DNA from: Patescibacteria group bacterium
GTDB lineage: Bacteria > Patescibacteriota > Patescibacteriia > Patescibacteriales > JAQTRU01
Direction: 5' to 3'
Length of the DNA stretch: 64,000 nt
Assembly (NCBI GenBank): GCA_041645555.1
Contig: JBAZPX010000001.1
Span: 127,479-191,478, forward strand
Below the pieces are notes generated by a model that saw nothing but the letters and a program-made list of their open reading frames with translations, did not search any database and had not been told where the DNA came from. The translations under genes were made by a program, and so were the position numbers. This document shows, one piece after another, positions 37,848 to 47,652 of this stretch (positions within the stretch are counted from its first letter, which is position 1; every line of letters starts with the position of its first letter).

Positions 37848-39560
37848 ATGGATAAATTTTTTCGAGAAAAATTAAGATTAATAGAAGTAAACCAACTTTT
37901 GGTAAAGGGACGCTGGCTTTATGTCAGCGGCGTTGTTTTAATCGGCCTGGCTTCAAAGATTACCAGCAGTTTATCAGAAAAAATTGTTGATGCGCCCAAT
38001 ACTAATTTTCCTCTGTTCTTGATGATTTTCATGGGTTTATGCGCTTATGGCTTAAACATCATATTTTTACTTTATTTGCGGAAACCGGAAAAAATTTCTC
38101 TTGCCGGAATTAAAATTATCAGTTTTTTCAATTTAACTCTTGATTATCTTTTTTATATTTTAATAATTTTTTATGCCGGGGGCCTGACCAGCATCTCTTT
38201 CCTTTATTTTTTCTTTAATATTATCGCTTCGGCTTTTTTCTACTCTTTTGCCGGAGTTTTAGTTATTTCCAGCCTCGCCAGCGTCTTGTATGGCGGTTTA
38301 ATCTTATTGCAGTATTTTGAAATTATTCCTTTCTTCTCCCGCTATAATTTAGCTTATGAATACGCCTTGGCTTTTAATTATTCAGCGGTTATCACCAATC
38401 TGATTGCTATCATCTTGAGCTTTTATATCGTGGGGATGTTTGCCGGGTTAATTGCCCGGGCTCTGCGAAACAGGGAAGAGGAAATTAGAGAAGAAAGAGA
38501 TAAAGAGAGGGCGATTCTGGCTAATTTATCCGACGGCTTAATTTTTATCAACCGGAGAGGAATTATTGAGGCGGTTAATCCTAAAGCGGAAAAATTATTG
38601 GATTTCGGAGCTAAAGAAGTTTTGGGTAAAAAAATAAAAAATATAGACAGAAGCAAAGCTAACTTATTGGAAATTTTTAAGGATAAATATAAGAAAAGAG
38701 GAGAGTTGCAGCCGGCCGGCAGAAGCGAGGAAGTCTTAAGAATTTATACGGTTACGATTATAGACGAAGAAAGTGAATTAATCGGAACCGCGAAAATAAT
38801 TCATGATATTTCTCGGGAAAAATTCGTTGATAGAATGAAGTCAGAATTTATAATGATTGCCGGCCACCAGTTAAGAACCCCGCTTTCCGCCATTAAATGG
38901 GCTTTCGAGTTGCTTTTAAAAGGCGGTTTCGGCAAGATAGAACCGAAGCAGAAGAAAGTTTTGGGACAATGCGTTGATTATAACGAAAAGTTGATAAAAA
39001 TGGTGGATGATTTGCTGGATATTTTTTCCATAGAACAAGGTAAATATTATTATCAGTTCGTAAAGACCGATTTGGGCGGTCTCCTGGAAGAGGCGAGCAA
39101 GCGCTATGAAGAAATGGCGGCAGAAAGAGGCATAAAATTTAATCTCACGATAGAAAAAAATTTGCCGGAGGTTAAAATTGACCCTTACAAAATAAAATTG
39201 GTTTTGGTCAGTTTGATTGAGAATGCCGTTACCTATACGGATAAAGGCGGCGAAGTAAACATTGATTGCCGCATTAAAGACGGAAAAATATTTATGGCCA
39301 TTAAAGATACCGGCATTGGCATATCAAAAGAATCGCAAAGCCAGATTTTTACAAAATTTTTCCGGGGAGCCAACGCTTTAAGTTTTCAGCCGGAAGGCAA
39401 TGGCCTGGGCCTGTTTGTGGCGAAAAATATTGTCGAGTATCATGAAGGTAAAATTTGGTTTACGAGCGAAGTGGACAAGGGCACGACTTTTTATGTAGAA
39501 TTGCCTTTAGACCCGCTTATTAATCCTAAAAAAGGAGAAAAAGATTTAATAAAATCTTAA
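37848..39560 (+). CDS. sensor histidine kinase (polytopic N-terminal membrane domain, PAS, HisKA, HATPase_c)
   Basis: About 6 TM helices. PAS (LANLSDGLIFINRRGII). H-box HQLRTPLSAIKW. N, G1, G2 boxes (DTGIGISKE, GNGLGLFVAKNIV). Confidence 0.85.
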   Translation: MDKFFREKLRLIEVNQLLVKGRWLYVSGVVLIGLASKITSSLSEKIVDAPNTNFPLFLMIFMGLCAYGLNIIFLLYLRKPEKISLAGIKIISFFNLTLDYLFYILIIFYAGGLTSISFLYFFFNIIASAFFYSFAGVLVISSLASVLYGGLILLQYFEIIPFFSRYNLAYEYALAFNYSAVITNLIAIILSFYIVGMFAGLIARALRNREEEIREERDKERAILANLSDGLIFINRRGIIEAVNPKAEKLLDFGAKEVLGKKIKNIDRSKANLLEIFKDKYKKRGELQPAGRSEEVLRIYTVTIIDEESELIGTAKIIHDISREKFVDRMKSEFIMIAGHQLRTPLSAIKWAFELLLKGGFGKIEPKQKKVLGQCVDYNEKLIKMVDDLLDIFSIEQGKYYYQFVKTDLGGLLEEASKRYEEMAAERGIKFNLTIEKNLPEVKIDPYKIKLVLVSLIENAVTYTDKGGEVNIDCRIKDGKIFMAIKDTGIGISKESQSQIFTKFFRGANALSFQPEGNGLGLFVAKNIVEYHEGKIWFTSEVDKGTTFYVELPLDPLINPKKGEKDLIKS

Positions 39561-39564
39561 ATAT

Positions 39565-39969
39565 ATGGATTGTATTTTTTGTAAAATTATAGCCGGCGAA
39601 ATCCCGAGTTTTAAAGTATATGAAGACGAAAACATTTTAGCTTTTTTAGATATTGCACCAGTGAATCCTGGGCATACTTTAATCGTGCCAAAGAAACATT
39701 ATGTTAACATGGAGGAGATTCCTGAGGGCGAGTTGGTCCGGTTGGCTGTAGCTGTTAAAAAGATAGGGAAAGCGATGAAAGATGGTTTGGGGGCAGAAGG
39801 GTATAATATAATGGAAAATAATGACCCAATTGCCGGCCAAATCGTCCCTCATCTTCATTTCCATGTTATTCCGAGAAGACGAGGCGATGATTTGCATCTT
39901 TGGTCGCAAGGAAAATATAAAGAAGGGGAGGCGGAGGAGATCTCAAAAAAATTATCAATTATCAATTAA
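39565..39969 (+). CDS. HIT-family nucleotide hydrolase
   Basis: CIFCKII...NPGHTLIVPKKH...HLHFHVIPR histidine-triad motif. Confidence 0.85.
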   Translation: MDCIFCKIIAGEIPSFKVYEDENILAFLDIAPVNPGHTLIVPKKHYVNMEEIPEGELVRLAVAVKKIGKAMKDGLGAEGYNIMENNDPIAGQIVPHLHFHVIPRRRGDDLHLWSQGKYKEGEAEEISKKLSIIN

Positions 39970-39995
39970 TAATTTTCAATTATTTATTAAAAAAT

Positions 39996-41006
39996 ATGAA
40001 ACTATTAATTACCGGCGGAGCCGGGTTTATAGGAAGTAATTTTATTCATTATTGGTTAAAAAAATATCCGGATGACAAAATTATTAATCTGGATATTCTG
40101 ACTTATGCGGGGAATTTAGAAAATTTAAAAGATATTGCCAATAAGGCTAATTATAAGTTTGTGAAAGGTGATATAGGGGATTTAAAGAATAATATTGATT
40201 TGCTTAAGGCGGAAAAAGTTGAGGTGATTGTGAATTTCGCAGCCGAATCACACAATGGCCGGGCTATGGTGGAACCGGATATTTTCGTTAAAACCAATGT
40301 CTTGGGCACTCAAATGCTCTTGGAAGCGGCTAAAGAAGCCGGGTTAATAAGATTCCACCATATTTCAACCTGCGAAGTTTTCGGGGACTTGGCTTTAGAT
40401 GAAAAGCGGGCCTTTAAAGAAAGCGATCCTTATACTCCTAAAACCCCCTATAACGCTTCTAAGGCCGGAGCCAATCACGAAGTAATGAGTTATTTTCATA
40501 CTTTTAAATTACCCATAACCATAAGCCATTGTGCGAATAATTATGGACCATACCAATTTCCGGAAAAAGTAATTCCCAGATTTATTTCTGATTTAATTGA
40601 TAATGAGCCGATTCCGCTGTTCAAGAGCAGCTTAAACAAAAGAGAATGGATTCACACCGATGACCATTGCCGGGCGATTGATATAATTATTAAGAAGGGT
40701 AAGATCGGCGAGGCTTATAATGTCGGCACGGGTGTTGAAAAAAGCATTGAAGAAATTGCCGGAGCGGTGTTAAAGAGATTGGGAAAAGATGAATCCATGA
40801 AGAAATACGTGGAAGACAGGCCCGGACATGACCGCCGGTATCTGCTTGATATTGCCAAAATGAAAAATGATTTGGGCTGGGAACCAGAGATTGAATTTGA
40901 AAAAGGCCTTGATGAAGTAGTTGAATGGTATAAGCAAAATGAATGGTGGTGGCGGCCGCTTAAAGGCAAGGGTTTTGTGGAGAATTATAAGGAAGTGAAA
41001 AAATAG
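39996..41006 (+). CDS. rfbB: dTDP-glucose 4,6-dehydratase
   Basis: ITGGAGFIGSNF, YTPKTPYNASKAGAN (YxxxK), C-terminal RPGHDRRY. Confidence 0.9.
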   Translation: MKLLITGGAGFIGSNFIHYWLKKYPDDKIINLDILTYAGNLENLKDIANKANYKFVKGDIGDLKNNIDLLKAEKVEVIVNFAAESHNGRAMVEPDIFVKTNVLGTQMLLEAAKEAGLIRFHHISTCEVFGDLALDEKRAFKESDPYTPKTPYNASKAGANHEVMSYFHTFKLPITISHCANNYGPYQFPEKVIPRFISDLIDNEPIPLFKSSLNKREWIHTDDHCRAIDIIIKKGKIGEAYNVGTGVEKSIEEIAGAVLKRLGKDESMKKYVEDRPGHDRRYLLDIAKMKNDLGWEPEIEFEKGLDEVVEWYKQNEWWWRPLKGKGFVENYKEVKK

Positions 41007-41063
41007 AATCGCATATCGCATAACGTGGAACGCATAACATTATAAACTTTTGACTTAGTTATT

Positions 41064-41768
41064 ATGAAACGAAAAATACTTTTGGGCCTGACAACTACGA
41101 AAAAGTCAGACTGGAGAAAAAAAGTTAAAGAGATTGATAAATTGGGGTTAAAAGAAATCGCTCTTTTTCCTACTTGTTTAGAAATTAAGGAAAGGAGAGA
41201 GTTTTATAAACTACTTGAAAAAACCGGGCTGGAAAAAATACCCTTTGTTCATATCAGGCATGATCCTGAAAAGTGGGAATTTGCCTACTTGAAAAAAAGA
41301 TTCGGCACTAAGGTTTTTAATACCCATTTTGATAGTGTGAATGATAAATTTATCGCCGAAAGCAAAAAATATTTAAAACAAATTTATTTAGAAAACAACC
41401 GTCCTTTTCCTGATAATTTAATGCCTTTGTTGGATATTTTTGCCGGCCTTTGCCTTGACATTAGCCATTGGGAAGATTATGGAAGATTGCAGAAAATTGC
41501 CGCCTATAAAAAATTGCCAAAACTTTTAAAAAAATATAAAGTCAGATGCGGCCATATATCCGCTATCAGAAAAAAGCCTTTTTATGAAGGGGATGATGGC
41601 AAGAAAGAGAAGTATTACAATAGCCATTGGCTGCAGGATTTATCCGAATTGGATTATGTTAAGAAATATGTAAAATATTTACCCTTGATTTGTGCGATTG
41701 AATTGGAGAATTCCTTCAAAGAGCAGATGGAAGCCAAAAAATATTTAGAAAAGATTATCCGCCGATAA
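41064..41768 (+). CDS. hypothetical protein
   Basis: ORF with no recognisable motif. Confidence 0.4.
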   Translation: MKRKILLGLTTTKKSDWRKKVKEIDKLGLKEIALFPTCLEIKERREFYKLLEKTGLEKIPFVHIRHDPEKWEFAYLKKRFGTKVFNTHFDSVNDKFIAESKKYLKQIYLENNRPFPDNLMPLLDIFAGLCLDISHWEDYGRLQKIAAYKKLPKLLKKYKVRCGHISAIRKKPFYEGDDGKKEKYYNSHWLQDLSELDYVKKYVKYLPLICAIELENSFKEQMEAKKYLEKIIRR

Positions 41769-41769
41769 C

Positions 41770-41798
41770 TTGGCAAAATTAAATAGATTGGGTATAAT
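41770..41798 (+). promoter_or_regulatory. sigma70-type promoter (TTGGCA-17-TATAAT) for the small peptide gene
   Basis: ttggca at 41770-41775, 17-nt spacer, ggtataat with tataat at 41793-41798. Confidence 0.6.
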
Positions 41799-41896
41799 AT
41801 AAGAGAGTCTAGCAAATGGCTCGCAGCTTTTTACAAAGAAGCCTGGAAGCACAAGCTTTCCAGGGAACATTCACGTCTTTCCTCAAGGAGGAACAG

Positions 41897-42043
41897 ATGA
41901 ATATGACCCTTCCCGGCGCCCACGGCAATCGCGGGCGTCCAAGTTTCAACGGTTTCAACGCTGTCAACGGTGGAAACGGTGTCAACCGCGGATTCAACCA
42001 GGCGAACTCTCTGAACGTCAAGGGCGTGTACAACAAGGTCTGA
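41897..42043 (+). CDS. small Gly/Asn-rich repeat peptide (48 aa); could alternatively be a small RNA
   Basis: AGGAGG 5 nt upstream of the ATG. The peptide MNMTLPGAHGNRGRPSFNGFNAVNGGNGVNRGFNQANSLNVKGVYNKV is encoded by an imperfect 9-nt repeat (x-N-G)n. GC is ~52%, atypical for this window. Own promoter and terminator. Confidence 0.45.
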   Translation: MNMTLPGAHGNRGRPSFNGFNAVNGGNGVNRGFNQANSLNVKGVYNKV

Positions 42044-42075
42044 TCATCCGAGAAGGGCTCTAAAAGGAGAGCCAA

Positions 42076-42112
42076 AGCGGGAACCATTACGTGGTACCCG
42101 CTTTTAATATTT
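42076..42112 (+). terminator. rho-independent terminator
   Basis: gcgggaacc-attacgt-ggtacccgc followed by ttttaatattt. Confidence 0.65.
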
Positions 42113-42167
42113 AGGCGAATATTAGCTTTAAGTTGTAAAAAAAATTAAATGTTGCTATAATAAAAAT

Positions 42168-42563
42168 ATGGCTAAGAAGATATTTATAATTGAGGACGAT
42201 GCTAATATTTTATCAAGCCTGCAGGCGAAATTCAGCCTGGAGGGGTTTCAAGTCGGGACAAGCAGCGGCAATACGGAGATTAGCGACCTACTTGCGGGGA
42301 TAAAGAAATTTAAGCCTGATTTTATTATTTTAGATTTAATTCTGCCGGCCGTAGACGGCTTTGAGGTGATAAAAGCCATAAAAGCGGACGAAGAAATTTC
42401 TTTTCCGCCTATATTTATTTTTACTAACTTAAGCGACGAGGATAGCCGGAGCCGGAGCACAAACCTGGGAATAAAGCATTATTTTATAAAAAGCGATTTT
42501 AATATTGATGAATTTATTTCTAAATTTAAAAAAATTATTGCTAATATAGAAAAAATAAAGTAA
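42168..42563 (+). CDS. single-domain response regulator (CheY-like receiver, no output domain)
   Basis: IFIIEDD..., phospho-acceptor region FIILDLILPAVDGFEV, conserved K region. Confidence 0.8.
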   Translation: MAKKIFIIEDDANILSSLQAKFSLEGFQVGTSSGNTEISDLLAGIKKFKPDFIILDLILPAVDGFEVIKAIKADEEISFPPIFIFTNLSDEDSRSRSTNLGIKHYFIKSDFNIDEFISKFKKIIANIEKIK

Positions 42564-42576
42564 AATTTTTAGGATT

Positions 42577-44490
42577 ATGAAAATAACGGGGAAAAGGATA
42601 AAAATCATATTAATATTTTTAGCAGTAATTGCGGCTTTGTCCGTATTTTTTATTGTGGGTAAAAAAGACAAGACGGAATATACAACGGCGGCGGTAGCCA
42701 AAGGCAAATTAACCCAGACCGTTAGCGAAGTGGGCACGGTTAAGTCCTCCCAGGAAATTGAATTAGGTTTTTTGCAAAGCGGGAAAATCGGAAAAATATT
42801 AGTTAAAATAGGCGATAAAGTAAGCGAGGGCCAGGTTCTGGCCGAACTGGATTATAACTCGTTTTCCATAAAAGAGCAGGAGGCACAGGCCAATTTAGAC
42901 GTGGCTAACGCTAACTTAAATAAATTACTGGCTGGCGCTACTTCTAGGGAAATCGCCGTTTCCCAGGCCCAGGTTGACCAGGCCAAAGCGACTTATCTAG
43001 CTAACTTGGAAGAGCTGGATAAAATCGAAAAAAATACGGCCGAAGACATTTCCCAGGCGGAAAAAAGTTTGGCTGATTTAGAATCAAACCAGGCGGATGA
43101 TATTACTTCTTATGAACAGGCCATAGCTTTAGCCGAAACTGATTTGGCTAGCGCCAAGAGCACTTATGAGCAGTCGATTAATAATAAAAGGAATGTAGCT
43201 TTAACGACCATTGATAATAAATTAGTGATTGCCAATACCGCTCTGGACAATATAAATACGATTTTAAACGATAACGATATTGAGAGTGTTTTAAGCGTTA
43301 AAAACAAAATTTATTTAACCAATACGGAGAATTCCCATGATGATGGTCTTGATTTACTTACAGCAGCTGACAACAGTTTAGCCGCGGCTAAGCAAACCCA
43401 AACTAACACGGCCGTAATTACGGCCAGCCAGGATTCCCTGGCCACTTTGAATAAAACTTTTGAAGCCCTTGATTATTGTTATAAGGCCTTAGAAAATAGC
43501 GTTGTTTCTTCGGGTTTTACCCAAACTGAATTGGATGCTTACAAAACTTCAATCAGCGCGCAGATTACGGCTATCAGTACGGCGATTTCGGCTGTCCAGA
43601 CGGCCCAGCATAATTTAGAGGACGCAGTTTTAACCTACCAAACGGAAGTGGCGGGAGCTAGTGACGATTTAGCTAAGACAAAAACAGACCTGGCTAATGC
43701 CATAAAGTCAGCTAAGAATTCTTTAGCTTCTGTCCGGCTGGCCGGGGAGCAAAAGATAGCGGTCGCCCAGTCAAAAGTTGATACTAGCCAAGAGGCTTGG
43801 CAGGTGGCAAAAGCCCAATTTGAAAATCTTAAATCACCGGCTCGTGTTCAGGACGTTTCTTTGTATCGGGCCCAGGTTAAGCAGGCCGAAGCCGCTTTGG
43901 CTCTAGCGAAAGAGCAAATTGAAGATAGTATTATAAAGGCGCCGATTGGCGGGACGGTCGTTAGGATTGAATATGAATTGGGGGAGCAGGCAACGGCGGC
44001 CAAACCGGCCATAGCGGTTTTGGGCGAGAATAATTTTGAAATTGAAGTTGATATTTCGGAAGCCGATATTGCCAAGATAAAAAAAGACAACTCGGTCGAA
44101 ATTACTTTGGACGCTTTTGGAGACGGGGTGAAATTTACCGGAAGAGTCTATTCAATAGAGCCGGCGGAGACGGTTATTCAGGATGTAATTTATTACAAAG
44201 TTAAAGTGCAGTTTACGGAGAAAGATAAGGCGAAAATGGCCAGCATAAAATCAGGCATGACCGCTAATGTTGTTATTACCACTAATTCCAGAGATAACGT
44301 TTTAATAATGCCTTCCCGCGCGGTCGTGGAAAAAAACGGCGGGGATAAATACGCAAGAATTTTAGTCGACGAAAAAGTCATTGAGGCGCCGGTCGTAATC
44401 GGTCTGCAGGGAGATGAAGGTATGGTAGAAGTTTTATCCGGAGTTAAGGAAAGCGACCAGGTAATAACTTTTGTGAAAAACGGCAATTAA
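42577..44490 (+). CDS. HlyD-family periplasmic adaptor/membrane fusion protein with an unusually long coiled coil
   Basis: N-terminal TM anchor, lipoyl-like GTVKSSQEIELGFLQSGKIGKILVKIGDKV, a coiled-coil hairpin of roughly 380 aa, C-terminal beta-barrel/MP domains. Followed by ABC ATPase and permease genes. Confidence 0.8.
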   Translation: MKITGKRIKIILIFLAVIAALSVFFIVGKKDKTEYTTAAVAKGKLTQTVSEVGTVKSSQEIELGFLQSGKIGKILVKIGDKVSEGQVLAELDYNSFSIKEQEAQANLDVANANLNKLLAGATSREIAVSQAQVDQAKATYLANLEELDKIEKNTAEDISQAEKSLADLESNQADDITSYEQAIALAETDLASAKSTYEQSINNKRNVALTTIDNKLVIANTALDNINTILNDNDIESVLSVKNKIYLTNTENSHDDGLDLLTAADNSLAAAKQTQTNTAVITASQDSLATLNKTFEALDYCYKALENSVVSSGFTQTELDAYKTSISAQITAISTAISAVQTAQHNLEDAVLTYQTEVAGASDDLAKTKTDLANAIKSAKNSLASVRLAGEQKIAVAQSKVDTSQEAWQVAKAQFENLKSPARVQDVSLYRAQVKQAEAALALAKEQIEDSIIKAPIGGTVVRIEYELGEQATAAKPAIAVLGENNFEIEVDISEADIAKIKKDNSVEITLDAFGDGVKFTGRVYSIEPAETVIQDVIYYKVKVQFTEKDKAKMASIKSGMTANVVITTNSRDNVLIMPSRAVVEKNGGDKYARILVDEKVIEAPVVIGLQGDEGMVEVLSGVKESDQVITFVKNGN

Positions 44491-44492
44491 AA

Positions 44493-44613
44493 TCCCGCAC
44501 CTTTTGGGCGAAACGTTTGCACGTTAAATATTTTAAATAGCTAACTGCTATAAAGTAATAGATTATAATGATTAAATATTTTTAAGATATTTAATCGCCC
44601 AAAAGGTGCGGGA
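44493..44613. repeat. perfect 20-bp inverted repeat flanking an ~80-nt AT-rich spacer
   Basis: atcccgcaccttttgggcga at 44493-44512 and tcgcccaaaaggtgcgggat at 44594-44613. Confidence 0.85.
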
Positions 44614-44673
44614 TAAAAAAAGGCGGCCCACTTAGTGTGAACCGCCCGATATCTTTTGTGGAAGCCTAGAGGT

Positions 44674-45453
44674 TTACCACTTCCACTTTTTCATCAGAAT
44701 AAATCCTCCGATAGCTCCGCCGTCAACAACCCAGGTGGAGGTTCGGCCGGTGGAAATATACTTATCCGTGAGTTTTCCGTTCTCGAACCCCCAATAAGGC
44801 AAAGTATGCTGATTATAACGGGGGTCGTTGTAAGCAGAAAATCCGCCCTTAACGATTTTCGTGGTGATATTAAAAACCACAAATCTTATCATTCCTCCTT
44901 CGCTAAGGTCCTGGAGTCCAACTTTAAGCGGTATTTTTTCTATGAATACCCGTCGGGCGAAGCTTAGCGTGGCCATAACGGCGCAAAAGTGCTGGCAATT
45001 ATTCCAGACATGCCAATCGTCGTCGCCGGCAAAGTATTTCATATTCCCATGTGAATGGACTTTGGCATCGGCTATGGAATTAAAGAAAGACTGGGCAACC
45101 ATCCAGGCCAGAAAACCGTTATTGCTTTCCGTTGTTATTTTTGTGACGACATTCACCAGCGGTCCGTTCCAGGTTTCCTTGACTTTATTCCAGGTTTCGT
45201 TCTCCAAGATAATTGCCTTGGGGTAAAGATTATATGACAGAGAACAGAAAGAGGGTTGGTTTTCTCCGGCTTCGGTCAGATTGGGAAACGGCCTTAGCGG
45301 AGAGAAATTTGCGAGGGGAATGCTACCTTCGGAAAAATGGATTTCCGCTTCTGTTTCCGGGAGCTCGGGGAGTTTTAGCCCCAGACTCCAGGCGATTGTC
45401 CCGAGTTGAAATAAGGACAGAAATGCGAATGAGAATAAAAGTATCTTTTTCAT
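44674..45453 (-). CDS. secreted hypothetical protein, atypical GC
   Basis: Signal peptide MKKILLFSFAFLSLFQLGTIAWS after a GGAGGAA RBS. GC ~46-48%. No recognisable catalytic motif. Convergent with, and embedded between, hlyD and the ABC genes. A terminator-like hairpin follows on the minus strand at 44623-44660. Confidence 0.5.
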   Translation of the reverse strand: MKKILLFSFAFLSLFQLGTIAWSLGLKLPELPETEAEIHFSEGSIPLANFSPLRPFPNLTEAGENQPSFCSLSYNLYPKAIILENETWNKVKETWNGPLVNVVTKITTESNNGFLAWMVAQSFFNSIADAKVHSHGNMKYFAGDDDWHVWNNCQHFCAVMATLSFARRVFIEKIPLKVGLQDLSEGGMIRFVVFNITTKIVKGGFSAYNDPRYNQHTLPYWGFENGKLTDKYISTGRTSTWVVDGGAIGGFILMKKWKW

Positions 45454-45520
45454 GGCTTTCCTCCAGGGGAAATTGTAAGTTTTAAAGGTCAACAGAATAA
45501 ATTAACATAAATATAAACAA

Positions 45521-46243
45521 ATGTCAACTCCCTTGATTCAAGTAAAAGATTTAAAAAAAGAATATCGGACAGACGAGGTCGTGACTAAAGTCTTGCACGG
45601 CCTTTCTTTTAATATAGCCAAGGGCGAGTTCGTAGCGATTATGGGGCCGTCCGGTTCCGGCAAATCCACTTTAATGCATATCTTGGGGTTGCTTGACCGG
45701 GCGACGAGCGGAACTTATGAGCTGGAAACGGAAAATGTAAATAATTTAAGCGATGATGAGTTAGCCGGTCTGCGCAATAAAAAAATTGGTTTTGTTTTTC
45801 AGGCCTTTAATTTACTGCCGCGCACAACTGTTTTAAATAATGTAAAATTGCCCCTAGTTTATTCGGAGGACAAAAATGATCCAGATAAAAGAGCGAGAGA
45901 GGTTTTGGAAAGTGTGGGCTTAGGGCACCGGTTAAATTATTTTACCAACCAAATCTCCGGCGGAGAAAAGCAGCGGGTAGCGATTGCCCGGGCTTTGGTC
46001 AATAACCCATCGGTAGTTTTTGCCGATGAACCGACCGGAAACCTAGATTCAAAATCCGGCGTTCAGGTAATGGAAATCCTGCAGAAGTTGAACGATGCCG
46101 GCAACACTATAATTTTAGTTACCCACGAAACCTATACGGCCGAGCACGCGGACAGAATTATAAAGATAAGAGACGGTTTGATTTTTGACGATTCTAAAGT
46201 GGCAAACAGAAGGATAGCCAGGGATGGGGAAATACTTAAATAA
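45521..46243 (+). CDS. ABC transporter ATP-binding protein (MacB/LolD/FtsE type)
   Basis: Walker [10 protein letters not shown], signature [15 protein letters not shown], Walker [14 protein letters not shown]-loop. Confidence 0.9.
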   Translation: MSTPLIQVKDLKKEYRTDEVVTKVLHGLSFNIAKGEFVAIMGPSGSGKSTLMHILGLLDRATSGTYELETENVNNLSDDELAGLRNKKIGFVFQAFNLLPRTTVLNNVKLPLVYSEDKNDPDKRAREVLESVGLGHRLNYFTNQISGGEKQRVAIARALVNNPSVVFADEPTGNLDSKSGVQVMEILQKLNDAGNTIILVTHETYTAEHADRIIKIRDGLIFDDSKVANRRIARDGEILK

Positions 46244-46375
46244 ATTTTCAATTTTAAATTTTCAAACGATTTTTTATTTTTTAATTATTTGTTTCGTTAA
46301 ATTTAGAAATTATAAAATTTGGTTATTGGAAATTGTTTAGAAATTAGAAATTGAGAATTAGAAATTATTTGTGAT
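46244..46375. repeat. AT-rich palindromic intergenic element (aattttcaattttaaattttcaa subfamily)
   Basis: aaattttcaattttaaattttcaaacgatttt ... ggaaattgtttagaaattagaaattgagaattagaaatt. Confidence 0.7.
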
Positions 46376-46377
46376 TT

Positions 46378-47631
46378 ATGTTTTCTCTAATCAGGCAATG
46401 CATTAAGAATTCTACCGCTTCGCTTCTAGCTAATAAGGTTAGAAGTTTTTTGACGATGCTCGGGATTGTGATCGGAGTCGGAGCGGTTATTATCATAATG
46501 TCGGTCGGGGCCGGAGCCCAAAGCTTGATTTTAGCCCAGGTTAAGAGCCTGGGCACGAATTTAATCGGGGTCCTGCCGGGCCAAGCCGAAGACGAAGGCC
46601 CGCCGGCTTCGGCCATGGGCATTGTTATCACGACCCTCACCTATGAAGATGCCGTGGCTTTGCGGGATAAAAAAAATGCCCCCCACATTGCCGCCGTGGT
46701 AGCTTATTCTAACGGCGTAGGTACGGCCAGCTGGGGCTCCCGCACTTATGATACTAATTTAAGCGGCTGCACTTTTGATATGATGGACGTGGAGGGGGGA
46801 GAAGTGGAAAAGGGTCGCTTTTTTTCCGAGGAGGAAGAAAAAAATTTAGCCAAGGTAGTAGTTTTGGGCAGCACGGTCAAAAATGAACTTTTCGGAGAAT
46901 CGGATGCGACGGGTCAGAGAATTAAAATAAAAAAGCATACTTTTGAAGTAATCGGGGTCATGGCCGAAAGAGGGACAGTGGCTTTTCAGGATTATGACGA
47001 TAAAATATTTTTGCCCATCCGGACGATGCAGAAGCTGATGCTTGGGGTTAACCATATTAATATGATCAGAGCCAAAGTTGACTATGAAGAAAATATTGCC
47101 GAGGCCATGGAAGAAGTAAAAATTACTTTACGGGATAAACATAATATTACTGACCAAAGCGGCACCAATGATGATTTTACGGTCAGAAGCGCGGCGCAAG
47201 CTCTGGATATGATAAAAACCGTTACCGATGCCTTGCGTTACTTTTTGGCGGCGATGGCGGCCCTGTCTTTGCTGGTCGGCGGAATTGGGATTATGAACAT
47301 AATGCTGGTAAGCGTGACGGAAAGGACAAGGGAAATCGGCTTGCGCAAGGCGGTCGGCGCCACTAATTCCAATATTTCAAACCAATTTTTAGTTGAAGCC
47401 GTTTCTATAACCTTAATCGGCGGAATAATCGGCATAGTTGCCGGTACCGTTATTTCGTTTTTAGTTTCTGTCGTAGCTAATTTTTTAGGTTACGATTGGA
47501 AATTTTCTATTTCTTTGATTTCCATTATCCTGGCCGTGGGAGTTTCTTCTTTAGTCGGTTTTGTTTTCGGTTTGTATCCCGCCCGCAAGGCTTCTCACCT
47601 TGAACCGGTGCAGGCGCTGCATTACGAGTAG
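46378..47631 (+). CDS. ABC transporter permease, FtsX/MacB family
   Basis: N-terminal TM, large extracytoplasmic domain, C-terminal 3-TM FtsX domain (LVGGIGIMNIMLVSVTERTREIGLRKAVGA). Confidence 0.85.
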   Translation: MFSLIRQCIKNSTASLLANKVRSFLTMLGIVIGVGAVIIIMSVGAGAQSLILAQVKSLGTNLIGVLPGQAEDEGPPASAMGIVITTLTYEDAVALRDKKNAPHIAAVVAYSNGVGTASWGSRTYDTNLSGCTFDMMDVEGGEVEKGRFFSEEEEKNLAKVVVLGSTVKNELFGESDATGQRIKIKKHTFEVIGVMAERGTVAFQDYDDKIFLPIRTMQKLMLGVNHINMIRAKVDYEENIAEAMEEVKITLRDKHNITDQSGTNDDFTVRSAAQALDMIKTVTDALRYFLAAMAALSLLVGGIGIMNIMLVSVTERTREIGLRKAVGATNSNISNQFLVEAVSITLIGGIIGIVAGTVISFLVSVVANFLGYDWKFSISLISIILAVGVSSLVGFVFGLYPARKASHLEPVQALHYE

Positions 47632-47652
47632 TCGCATAACGCATAACGCATT

